A program made the position numbers and the translations under genes. The notes beneath the pieces were generated by a model. The model had not been told where the DNA came from. It was given only the letters and a program-made list of their open reading frames with translations, and did not search any database. Of a DNA stretch of 64,000 bases, positions 1 to 10,929 are shown one piece after another; position 1 is the stretch's first letter; every line of letters begins with the position of its first letter. Origin of the DNA: Vicugna vicugna (Eukaryota); contig MU058654.1 in assembly GCA_013265495.1 (NCBI GenBank), forward strand, positions 496,001-560,000. Direction: 5' to 3'.

Positions 1-99
1 ACATAAATAAATGAGGTAATACAAGCAGAGGTTGATAATATGAAGAAAATTTACCGAAGAGAGAGTGGTGACTTTGAGGTGGTGTCTTTAGATGAGGAC

Positions 100-300
100 C
101 AGGAGGGCCTTGGTGAGAGGATGAGAGCCCAAAGTGGATGACGATGTTAATTAAGTCAGCCACCGCAGGGCCAGCCTGGAGCGTGTTCTTGGCCAGAAAT
201 GCAGGTGCAAAGTTCTGAGCTGGGAAAGAGCTTGGCAGAGAGCAGTGGGCAAAAGTAAACAGGAGAGGAGCCTGGAGAGAAGTTGGCCATGAGTCAACCA
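100..300 (-). mobile_element. Degenerate LINE-2 fragment
   Basis: L2-like antisense tract 'gcgtgttcttggccagaaatgcaggtgcaaagttctgagctgggaaagagcttggc'; boundaries approximate. Confidence 0.45.
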
Positions 301-659
301 GCTGAAGCATAAGTAAGGCCTCATGTTCCTGTAACTCAGATCAATTGATAGCATTTCTGACTCTGAAAATGATCCCTGACGTAGAGTATGACTGGCTGGT
401 GAGGTCTTAATGATAGATAAATCAAATGAAAATAAAACATAGGCATTTCTTAGTGCTGCTTTTTTTTTTGTCCTTGGAAATTAAAAATTGGTTGAATCAA
501 GAATGGTAACATTTCTTTTTAAATCTGATAAATCTTAAAAATCAGGAGCGTTCCTGTGTCTAGATGTGGAATACAAAGCTGGGTCTGGAATAAAAGAAAT
601 TGATTTTTTTTATGCTCCTGTATAGGGGAAGGATAATGTGATAGGAAAAGTGGGAGCTT

Positions 660-800
660 GGCCATACTGAGCTCCTTAGTTGCTGTGTGACCCTGTGCAA
701 GTTACTTCAACTCTCTGAGCTTTTTTCCCCTTCTGTAAAATCCTCACATGGTTATTATAAGGATTAGATGAGATAATAGTGGAAGCTCAGCAGACATCAA
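660..800 (+). mobile_element. MIR SINE fragment
   Basis: MIR core 'gctgtgtgaccctgtgcaagttacttcaactctctgagc...ctgtaaaat...aggattagatgagataat'. Confidence 0.8.
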
Positions 801-1528
801 TTTTAGCCCTTCCCTTCTCCCTTCTCAACCATGTGGACTGTGGGAAAGTGAATCTCAAAGAGAATACAGACGATTTTTATTAAAGAGAGAAAAAGGTGCA
901 AATGAGGGCAGGGGTATTGTCCATGCCCAGATCTGTGTTGGCTTAACAAATATTTGTGGCGTGGGTGAGTTCTTAAAGGACCTAACCATTCTGCTGAAGG
1001 GACTGAGATTAGGCATTTGAAGACCCCAGGTGCTTTTGGTATGAGTTCATTTCCAGTTGGTTTGGCTGATGGCTTGTAGATCTTCCTCTGGTTCATGGTG
1101 TAGCCAGAAAGTGATGGGAAGGCAGGGGAGGGAAGGAGAAAGACACAAATTGTTGGAAAATCTAACCCCCAGAGGTCATCCACAAGGCCAGGGTATCCCT
1201 AGGTGCTTGGCTTGGAGAGCCTGTTAATTTTCAAGAAATGAAATAACTTCCATTGTTTGTATCAAATTCAGAAAGTACAGAAAAAAACAGAAAAAAATCA
1301 ATAATCCTACATTCAGATAAGTTAATATCTCCATATTTTGTTCATTTAAACTGTAAGTTTAGAGGTAATTGAGATCCCTCTGGGAATTTAGTTGTACAAT
1401 CTGCCTTTTTCAGTCACTGTGATGAAAGCTAGACGCTTCCTCATCAATGTCATGTTTAAGGCAGCATAATAGTCCAGACTAAGAATGTGCAATAATTCAT
1501 TTAACCAGCACCCAACTGTTGGGAATTT

Positions 1529-2024
1529 TTTTTAATTGAAGTACAGTCAGTTACAATGTGTCAGTTTCTGGTGTGCAGTATAATGTCCCAGTCATACATA
1601 TATACATAAATTCCTTTTCATATTCTTTTTCATTAAAGGTTACTACAAGATATTGAATATAGTTTCCTGTGCTATACAGAAGAAATTTTTTAATCTATTT
1701 TTATACATAGTGGTTATCATTTGCAAATCTCAAACTCCCAGATTTATCCCTTCCCACCTCCTTTCCCCAGGTAACCATAAGATTGTTTACTATGTCTGTG
1801 AGTCTGTTTCTGTTTTATAGATGAGTTCATTAGTGTCCTCTTTTTCCTTTCTTTCTTTCTTTTTTTTTTTAAGATTCCATATATGATTGATATCACATGG
1901 TATTTTTCTTTCTCTTTCTGGCTTACTTCACTTAGAATGACAATCTCTAGGTCCATCCATGTTGCTGCAAATGGCATTATTTTATTCATTTTTATGGCTG
2001 AGTAGTATTCCATTGTGTAAATAT
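1529..2024 (-). mobile_element. 5'-truncated L1 (ORF2 end + 3'UTR) inserted in an older L1 fragment
   Basis: Poly-T start; ORF 1744-2013 'MEYYSAIKMNKIMPFAATWMDLEIVILSEVSQ' is the L1 ORF2 C-terminus; degenerate TSD actgttgggaattt (1515-1528) / actgatgggtattt (2025-2038). Confidence 0.92.
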
Positions 2025-3189
2025 ACTGATGGGTATTTAGATTGTTTCCAGTTTTCCTATCATATACTCTTTTCTCCTTTCACTTCACCATATGATCATG
2101 GGAAGAAGCTATGGAACATATGTCATCTAAGGTCACCTGCTCCACCAGTACCACCACACAGCAGGGCCCTGTTGGCCCCAGTAACCACCCACCAAAAGGT
2201 GTTTTGACCCGGTACACTGCTGTTTGCCTTTCTTCCTCTGAGACCAAGCCCAGCCCCATTGTCCTGACTGGCATGCGAATTTTCAGACTCCCAACAGGAT
2301 GGAGAAGGGAGTCCGGAGTAAGGCTGTCTGGTTGGGGTCCACACGGGTGGAGGCGGGTGTTCAAACTGAGGTCACATTTCTCCAGGGCTAGGATCTGCTG
2401 CTGACCACCTCTTCTCAGGCTAGACAGTCTATACCCTTCGCTCTCATCTGACAGCAGAATGCACTCAGCCGTAGTTCTAAGGACTTAGAGTTTCCCAGGA
2501 GCTAAAAGTAAAACTATTTATCTATATAGATGGGTCAACATTATTGGGTCAACAACTATCATTACTGGGGTCAACAGTTGCTCTGGTGGAAATTATCTTT
2601 CTTCCCAACCACCTTTGCCTTTCTCTCCACTTTAGAGGAGGTAAAAGGAACTGTACGTATCCCTGCCCCCTCTCAGCCCTAAAGGGGGCATCCCTTGGAG
2701 ATAATATTGGCCACACTGTGTACGCATGAATGTGTTCTTGTGTCCGCTGTTGGAGGCTAGAACTGTTAAATTCCTCTGAACTTTCCGAGTGCTTAGACTA
2801 TTTCTGGACCTGGAGCAGGTACCCAAAAAAATATCCGTTGCTCTTTATTGGTTGAAAGGAAAAATAATTAAAGCTGACTATTAAAAAGAAAATCAACATT
2901 GCCTAAATCCAGCGACTGCCACGACCTTCAGAGGTTAAGCAGAGACTGTAAGCCCATCAGTGGGGCTCACAAACGGTTTTGCAACCCCTCTCTTGGAGTT
3001 ACCTTCAGAGCCAGATTATAAGCTCCATGACAGCCCATGTGATGGTTCTCTCTCTCTCTTTGACCACTGCGGCGTTACTCCATGGAGGTCCTCACTCTTC
3101 ACCCTGTTTGGCTCTGCACAATGACCCGAGTCTCTAAAAGCTAAAGTTGAAGAATCTGCAATCACGTTAAGTCTTTCTGCTACAAGGCT

Positions 3190-3619
3190 TTCCGGGAATT
3201 TCCAAGATGCTCTGAGCCTCAGCCGTGGGGCTGGATGAATGGGAAATTTCCCATCAGCGTTCTGGAAAGGAGGCCAGGTCCATGTGCCTGGAACAGGTTG
3301 CAAGGATTGTTGATCGTCTCGGTCCCAGAACACACACAATTGACCTGCAGCTTAAAAGCTGATTTCAACCATTCCCCGAATGACTCACCACTGATTTCCA
3401 GGAACCTGTTCACTCTCTGAAGTACCATAGAATTAAGCAGGCAATCGCTCTGTCTTTCTTGGGCTCAGTCAGACAGTACAATTACCCTCAGTCCAGGGCC
3501 AGGCTGGGAACGGTAGACACGCTGACTCCTGGCTCTCAACAAAACCCCAAGGGAAATTCCCTAGGAAAGAGAGTCTCTGACCGGAAGTGGCTTCTCGCTA
3601 TTTTGTCACAGCAGGAAAT
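3190..3619. promoter_or_regulatory. NF-kB / STAT / AP-1 / ETS motif cluster (candidate inducible promoter or enhancer)
   Basis: kB: GGGAATTTCC 3194-3203, GGGAAATTTCCC 3241-3252, GGGAAATTCCC 3551-3561; GAS: TTCCGGGAA 3190-3198, TTCCCCGAA 3372-3380, TTCCAGGAA 3396-3404; AP-1 TGACTCA 3381-3387; ETS ACCGGAAGTG 3580-3589. Confidence 0.7.
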
Positions 3620-3974
3620 GCCTCCCTGATTTAAAGCTTCCTTATTTGTGATTAAAAAAACAGACTTTAAGAAAATCATGGGAAAGGAAGATTTTAAGTA
3701 CCAGCTACTCTAAACGGTATGTTTGGGTGACAAGAATCAAGATGTCCTTTCTTCCTCGATGGAGGTGCCAATGGATGAAAGCCACAAAGAGCATTTGCCA
3801 GACGGAGTCCAAGTCATCCCCTTGTTTCAAAGGGAAAGTCATGCCACATCACATCACATGGTGACCCTGGTCTGCAGGCAAACAATGAACAGAGTGAGAT
3901 GCCCTGTAGGGGAGGGTGCGGGCACAGCTGGGCCCATTTCCAGAGGGTCATTCACACCTGAGGTTGTGGGATTT

Positions 3975-4187
3975 AAAAAAAAATTTTTTTAACTGAAGCA
4001 CAATCAGTTACAATGTGTCAATTTCTGCTGTCCAGCACAATGTCCCACTCATGCATATACATACATTTATTCGTTTTCATACTCTTTTTCATTAAAGGCT
4101 ACACTACTGAAGGGAATGTAGTTTGGTGCAGCCATTATGGAAAACAGTATGAAGATTCCTCAAAAAACTAAAAACAGACTTACCATG
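3975..4187 (-). mobile_element. 5'-inverted (twin-primed) L1 insertion
   Basis: Antisense L1 3' end 3984-4100 joined to sense L1 ORF2 segment 4101-4186; TSD tgaggttgtgg(g)attt at 3959-3974 and 4188-4203. Confidence 0.88.
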
Positions 4188-4920
4188 TGAGGTTGTGGAT
4201 TTTTAAAATCTGCCCTGGGCCCAGTCCTCCACCAGGAAGAGGAGGAAACAAAGCAGCACTTTCCTTGGCTTTTCCCCGGAATTCCCAGTAGAAGCATGAA
4301 GAATGTCTTTGCATAAACGATCCAAACCAATAATATAGTGGCTTATTCCAACCAATTCCCAGCATAAGAATATCAACTAGAATGGACTGGAACTCCACAA
4401 AGCGCTAACATCCATTAAGAGGCTTCACCACACCTCCTGCCTGTGTCCCTGCATCCCCTCTCCCAGATACTCATCATTTATCCAAAGACAAATGGAACTT
4501 CACGATGTGACGGCCATGCATACCTCCTGGCGTGAGAGTCACTTTGGAGATTAATCCTGTGCCCGGTCCTCCCTGATCAAGGACAGTTTTCACCTCATTC
4601 TGACAACACAGGAGCCAACAAAGACAAAAATAATTCTCCCATTTGTCTAAGGGGCTAGTCACGAGAGATTACCAACCCTCTAACCCTTGTCTCCAAGGAC
4701 AGACCTCACTTCGGAGCGAGGTGGCCAAAGAATTAACTGTGTATGTGTGTGTGCACATGTGTGCACCTGTCTTTGTGTGGGAGTCATGAGGGCACAGGCC
4801 TGGTTTCCTTGCTACTTTCAAGGGCATTCTTTGGAGTGGCAAGGTGGCAGGGTGGGAGGTGGCTGCACACATCCACAAACTACCCCATGCCCCCTTCCTA
4901 ATGCACTGCTCTGGGCAGCT

Positions 4921-4988
4921 CCCTGGGTGATCCGACCCCCCCTCACTTTCCATACCCTGGGTGATCCGACCCCCCCTCACTTTCCATA
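4921..4988. repeat. Perfect 34-bp tandem duplication
   Basis: ccctgggtgatccgaccccccctcactttccata at 4921-4954 and 4955-4988. Confidence 0.97.
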
Positions 4989-5504
4989 AGCCAGGAGGCA
5001 TAAGATGGAGAAAGACGGAGGTGGGAACAATCAGAGAGACAAAGGCTGTCTATTACCTCTTCCCCTACCAGGCGTAGCCTCTGAAAGACTTCTGCCACTG
5101 CCCACACTCAAAGGCTATTTACCACAGTCCAGTGGAGCCTCTGAAAGGCTCCGGGTGGCCCATGCTGGATGTGTGCAGCCAGCTCACACTGGGTGCCCCA
5201 CATGGCCAGAAGGCACAGGAGCCCACAGAACATATCAATGGAGCAAGAGAAAACCATCCATCAATGACCAGACAGTTAGAGGAAATGAAGTTCAAATATT
5301 TTGCTCATGTTCTGAAAAGACCAGAAGATTAGCATCCCTTTGCTGTGCTCAGGACAGGCTCTGGGTTCTGCAAGGAAATTGTCAATCACATTAAACCTAA
5401 ACTCCAGGCCCTGACCTCATCAGAGGACCACGGCCTGCGCAAGGTGAAGGAGGGTCTGCTCCGAAAGTACAGCCAGAGCCGTGGGAGTCGGGAACCAGCT
5501 CTGT

Positions 5505-5900
5505 CCAGCAGACGTTCACTGAGTGTCCACCAAGCATCCACTCCTGTGTCGGGCGCCGGGTCCTCAGAAACAAGTAAGACCAGGGTGCTGCCCTCGGGGA
5601 TTTCACAGTGTCCCCCGGAGGATGGGCACACGATCTTGAAATCAGTGCTAAAGAAGAGGATACACCCAGGTGTTTAAGGAAAGCTTCCTGGAGAGTGTCA
5701 TGCCCGAGTTCATACCTGAAAGATGAGCAAGAACTGGCCTGGGGGTGACAAGTCAGAGGAACATCCCAGGAAGAGGCAGGATTGTAAATAAAAGTCTGAA
5801 AACCAATGGAGAACTACGGGCCCCTGAGGTGGAGAAATAAAGGCCGGGGGAGGTGACAGACAGGTCAGAGCAGGAAGACACATGGCCAGATGTGCCATCC
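5505..5900 (-). mobile_element. LINE-2 3' fragment
   Basis: 'cagacgttcactgagtgtccaccaagcatcc...aacaagtaagaccagggtgctgccctcggggatttcacagt...ggaaagcttcctggag' resembles the antisense L2 3' end. Confidence 0.55.
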
Positions 5901-7214
5901 GGGTTGTTGTTGAGACTGAACTGAAGCAGGTAATTTTCAACAGAGGCAAAGAGGAAAGAAGACCAGACAGGGTACTATGGGAACATTCTAGATGATGAAG
6001 GTAGTGAATCTACTCTGGGCCACCTGGATGCAAACCATTTTCAGTGGGGCTTCAGGCTGTCAGAATTGGCACACAAGTTTGGATGTTTCTCGAACAAAGG
6101 GGCAAGTGAGTGGGTGTGCCATCAGCATGAGGAAGCAAGTGCCTGTGTGGCTGATCACAGCACTCGGTAACCTATAATTGTGCAGCATTCAGCCACCTCC
6201 CTTACTTACCCACAAAGGCTGGTTCAACCCGTGTGCAGGAGAGGATGCCCTGTGCCTAAGGCCCGTTGTCAATTAGGTGTCATCCACATTCGGGATAAGC
6301 AGGGAGAAAGGTGCGCCTCCGTGCCAGGAACAGAGGGGCAGTGGCCAATATATATATATTGTTTAACAAATTCCTTGTAATTTTTTTTCTCTTTGGAATA
6401 TCTTATCTTTCAGTCTTTATTCTCACCACTTAGTCAAAAAGAGACCAGTTTTTTCCCCCAAACTGATTTCAGTGGAAAAAAGAACACTTAACAAGGAATA
6501 AATGTTCACAGTCATGTCAACCAGATCAGTAGGATATAAGAAAACTCCAGCATCAGGTCCATTTAGTAAAGAAATGGGGACACCAACACAAGGAGCTGTC
6601 TAAGGGCACTTTTATCTAAAACATTCCTCCTTCATCCACAGGAAACAACAAACAAAGCCGGTGTCTACCTGAACCAAAGTGTTACTTGAGTCATCATTTC
6701 ATCTCCATCAAGAGGTACCACGTACCCACCACCCTGCTTAGTGGGAACGTTCCTGTTTGCCATGATTCCTTAGTGGCCTTCAACAGAAGTCCACACGCCC
6801 TGCTCTGCAAGACAACTGGCACCCAGAGGAGCGCAGTCCCAGCGGTCACACCTCTGACTGAGTGGGGCGGGACCAGATTAGTCACCAAGCAGGCAACCAC
6901 TTGAAATCCTCTGGGAAGCCTCCCGTCATCAAAGCAAAGCCCCCATTTCCTGCTTGCCAGCCACATCCTCACTCCGAGCTTTGCCGTTCATCATTTGGGT
7001 GTGGGGATCAGAGACTTACAAGGAACTGACAGGTGTTTCCGGTCATGGAACCTTGAATTTAGGGCCTTGCATAATGTTCAAAACCAGTATTTAATTTGAA
7101 AACTCAGTCAAATTTTCTCTTTCTTGAGCATCCACGGTCTTCTCATCACTGTGTGGAGGGTGAAAGAAGCAGGGCCTAAGAGGGACCATGAAAAATCACA
7201 GTCACTACACCAAC

Positions 7215-7410
7215 AGCTTGTGCAGTGCCAGGCATCATCTGGGGGAGAGGTTATTTCTTAAATCGCTTAACCCTCATCACAGCCCTGCCGCGATGATGCT
7301 ATTATTTTGCCCATTTTAGGGACAAGGAAACTGAGAGCTCGAGAAGTTAAGGCACTTGCTAAGGCCACGTATTTAGACAGTGGTGGAGCAGGGATTCAAA
7401 ACCACATGGC
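7215..7410 (-). mobile_element. MIR SINE
   Basis: 'cccattttagggacaaggaaactgagagctcgagaagttaaggcacttgctaaggccac...gcagggattcaaaacc'. Confidence 0.85.
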
Positions 7411-7600
7411 TAAGAGCACAGACGACATCTTTAGGCAGGTTCTCGACTGAGTGGCGACTTCCAAGCTCCTCACATGGGGAGCTGGAGACTAGAAGTTTCT
7501 CCAAAAATTGTCATCTTTTTGCCTTTATGATCTGCATCCTCTGCAACTATGTCAGGTCTTTTCTCAATATTGCCCATTTGGTTTTCATGCTCTGTTCTTT

Positions 7601-7716
7601 TTTTTTAAATTTTTTATTGATTTATAATCATTTTACAATGTTGTGTCAAATTCCAGTGTAGAGCACAATTTTTCCGTTATACATGAACATATATATATTC
7701 ATTGTCACATTTTTTT
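7601..7716 (-). mobile_element. Very short young L1 3' end
   Basis: Reverse complement matches the 3'UTR at 14085-14210; flanked by ctctgttcttt at 7590-7600 and 7717-7727. Confidence 0.85.
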
Positions 7717-7759
7717 CTCTGTTCTTTAGTGTTTCTAATGTATTTACTTTTAAAATTTC

Positions 7760-8735
7760 TGTTTTCTTATTAAAGTATGATTTATATACTGTAAATTCAC
7801 TCTTTTTAGTGTAGAGTCCTGACCGTCATGTAACCCCCACCACAATCGAGATGAAAAAGATCCATGAGTTAGAAAACAAACTCATGGTTACCAGAGGGAA
7901 AAGCGGGTGAGAAGGGATAAAATGGGAGTTTGAGATTTGCAGATACTAACTACTGTATATAAAATAGATAAACAACAAGGTCCTACTGTACAGCACAGGG
8001 AACTATATTCAGTATCTTGTAGTCACCTCTAATGAAAAAGAATGTGAAAAGGAATATTTGTATGTATATGTATGACAAACATTATGCTGTGTGCCAGAAA
8101 CTGACACAATGTTGTAAACTGACTATACTTCTATTTAAAAAATTAGTCAGCTCAACTAAAAGACCATTTTAGTTAAAAAAAAAAAAAAAGATCAAGAACA
8201 TTCACATCATCCCCAAAATGTGTCCAAACCTCTTGGTGGTTAGTTTACCCGTCACCCCCAGGTACTTGCAACCACTAATTCACTCCTCATCTCCATGGCT
8301 TTGCCTTTTCCATATTGTTACATAAACAGAATTATACAGGGCATGGACTTTGGTTTCTTTCACTTGGCGTGATATGTTTGAGATTAACCCATGTTTTGTA
8401 TGTATCGGCTGCTTTTTCCCTTTTCGTTGCTGAGCACTGTTACATTTGATTGAGGTGCCATAGCTTGCTTATCTGTTCGCCAGTTGAGGGACATCTGGGG
8501 TTTTCCAGATTCTGGCGATTACAGATAAAGCTGCTACAAACATTCACGTGTACCTTTTTATGAGCACATAGGTTCTCATTCTCCTTGGGTAAATCTTTAG
8601 CCCATTTTGAACTTGATTTGTTTGTTTTCTTACTATTGAGTATTCTTTACATATTCTGTGTAAAAGTCCTTTAGCAGAGAAGTGATTTGCAAGTATTTTT
8701 CCCCAGTCTGTAGCTTATCTTTTCACTTTTTAAAT
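7760..8735 (-). mobile_element. Old L1M 3' region, interrupted by a younger L1
   Basis: L1M 3'UTR motifs 'tttatatactgtaaattcactctttttagtg', 'ctttcacttggcgtgatatgtttgagattaacccatg', 'tttgcaagtattttcccccagtctgtagctt'. Confidence 0.75.
7860..8189 (+). mobile_element. 5'-truncated L1 3'UTR with poly-A
   Basis: 'agaaaacaaactcatggttaccagaggg...gtacagcacagggaactatattcagtatcttg...ctatacttc' followed by an A-tract. Confidence 0.88.
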
Positions 8736-10243
8736 CTAACTTACACTGGAACACAGGAATGACCTTTGGGGTCATTAAATCTGTAAGTTAACTTTTTTAT
8801 TTGACTGCTGTATCATTTTATTTCGCGCTAACCCGAATTTTGATTTTTACCAAGTTGCTCTGTAGCACAAAGCAGTTGCTAAGAACTGCCTCCCATGTTT
8901 TCTTTCAGTTTGACATCCTCTTGTTTCTCATACCGTCTTCCTCTTGCCCCCTCCCACTCCCCCACAAATTACTTTTTCACTTGAAAAATCTGAAGCAGGT
9001 TGACTCAGTTGCCGTAACATGTTTTCCATCTGATTCACGTTTGTCCAGTTCTAATCAGGCATTTGGTTGCTCTGATAACAATGTGTGGGTTGCTGTCCTC
9101 CCCTGAGCTGTAATTTACAGATGAATGGGTATCGCACGGTCTGCCCACTTTTCTCCACCTTGAAGACGTGGTAGAGATGCAGGGAACGCTCAAAGGAGGC
9201 TGCTTTCTCCTTTTCCTTTCTTTCTTCTTTTTTAAAGAGCGCTTGTGTTCTGCTCTCCAAATATTTGTGGAATATTACTTACCAGAGCTCATGTCATTGA
9301 GGTGGAGTAGAAACAGGTGGTCATCCCATTGAGATAACCCCCAATTCCTTGTGTTACTGTCATTATCTCACGTTTCCTGTTCACCTCTCTCTTTTTTTTT
9401 TCCCCAGCAGTCATTTCTACTTCTGTCTCAGAGGAGGGAAATTTAAAGCGATGTTCTTCTTTAAAGATCTAGGTACAGAGCAGGACTTTTCAGGGCTCTC
9501 ACAGCTCATCACCGTGGCCTCCAACAACTGGAGAGAAAACAGTCCTCCCAAGATCTCTGCTCTGTCTAAGGTCTTCTGTTTCTTTCCTTGGCCATCAGGC
9601 TTTGGGTGTTGAGGTTCTAGCTCAAGTCTTTTCTTCTTTGGTTATTGCTGGTAAAAAAAAAAAATTGTGTGTGTGTGTTTTTTTTTTTCACTATGTTTTT
9701 GCTCCTTTTATTAGACTCAGGGAAGGAAAATTTGGAGATGTGATTTCAATTCATTCGCTACTTCCACAAGTTTTATTTTCTGATGAATTTCCTCCTCCAG
9801 AAAGCGTTCTCTGACTCCGCTCAGTGTGAACATCTCTCTTCTGTGTTCCTACAGAGCTGGCATTAACTAGTAATATTTTAATCTGATGGTTAAAATATTA
9901 AAATACTTCTGTACCTGCTGAAAATAGCCACTATGCTAACCCCGGCTCAAGCAACCCTCAGAATCCTTCCCGTAGCTCTGGCTGGCCTGGCCTCTCCCTG
10001 CTGGAAGCCCCCCATCTCACCTCCCCCGGATGCAGCTATGAAAGTGTTGATGCCTAGACATCAGTGAGCTTCCAGGTCCCTGCACCAGCATTGCTGGTCG
10101 CTGATGGATATGCACAGTTGGTTGGTACCCAAGCTAAACCACAAGCTAGACATGTTCAATGTCACTCTTACTTGTGCTTATCTCTTTCATGATATTTTTT
10201 TCAACACAATTCCAAAGTTGCCTATTTACTTGTCTCCCTGTCT

Positions 10244-10341
10244 TTTTTTTTTTTCTTCCCTTAATGGAGGCACTGGGGATTGAATCCAGGACCTCGTGCC
10301 TGCCAAGCACGCACTCTACCACTGAGCTGTACCTCCACCCC
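10244..10341 (-). mobile_element. tRNA-derived SINE (vic-1-like)
   Basis: Reverse complement has A box 'agctcagtgg' and B box 'ggattcaatcc'; T-rich tail; TSD ctccctgtct at 10234-10243 and 10342-10351. Confidence 0.9.
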
Positions 10342-10419
10342 CTCCCTGTCTAGAACGAGTTCCCTGATGTTCGCACTTCAAGTAACAAACGTTTATCTAG
10401 TTTCTTTTACATGCCTTGT

Positions 10420-10565
10420 TCATCTCTCATTTAACCCTTCCCCAAATACTGCAGAGTTGGTGTCATCACTCCATGATGCAGTGAAGAACCTGAGGCTCAG
10501 CGAGCTTTAGCAACTTGTGCAAGGTTACCCTGCTAATTTGGGTCAAAAATTGGATTTTCATTCAG
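10420..10565 (-). mobile_element. MIR SINE fragment
   Basis: 'ctcatttaaccct...gaagaacctgaggctcagcgagctttagcaacttgtgcaaggttac'. Confidence 0.7.
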
Positions 10566-10929
10566 CTATATTGCACCAACTGTCTAGGAAAGGTGTTCCC
10601 AGTGAAAACTTTTTTATAACTAGCATTGTGGAACAGAAGCAATCTTCATGTGATAAATGAGGGAACGTTAAGTTTTTATAACATGCTCTTGAAGCTATTT
10701 TGAGGGCAAGGACCACATTTTTGAAACATCTAAATATCCCTTAGAGCATATCAGAATGCATGGTTCCCAGTTGGCCCAAATGAACATCTGTAAAATAAAG
10801 CAAGAAAGGATAACTGAATGGATAAATTAATTGATTAATTCCTTGCTTGAGTACTGTTTCAGAAAATATTGGGAATATGTGAAGGCAGTGCAGAATGAGA
10901 GGCATATAAGTTTATGAGCATGAACTTTG

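Noticed and set aside
2080..2404. Overlapping ORFs on both strands in GC-richer DNA
   Set aside because: No recognisable domain and no clear splice boundaries; expected by chance
5353..5443. Possible coding exon (cag|GACAGG...CGCAAG|gtgaag; TGSGFCKEIVNHIKPKLQALTSSEDHGLRK)
   Set aside because: Weak donor, no recognisable protein family, no compatible neighbouring exons; the rest of the ORF runs into an L2 remnant
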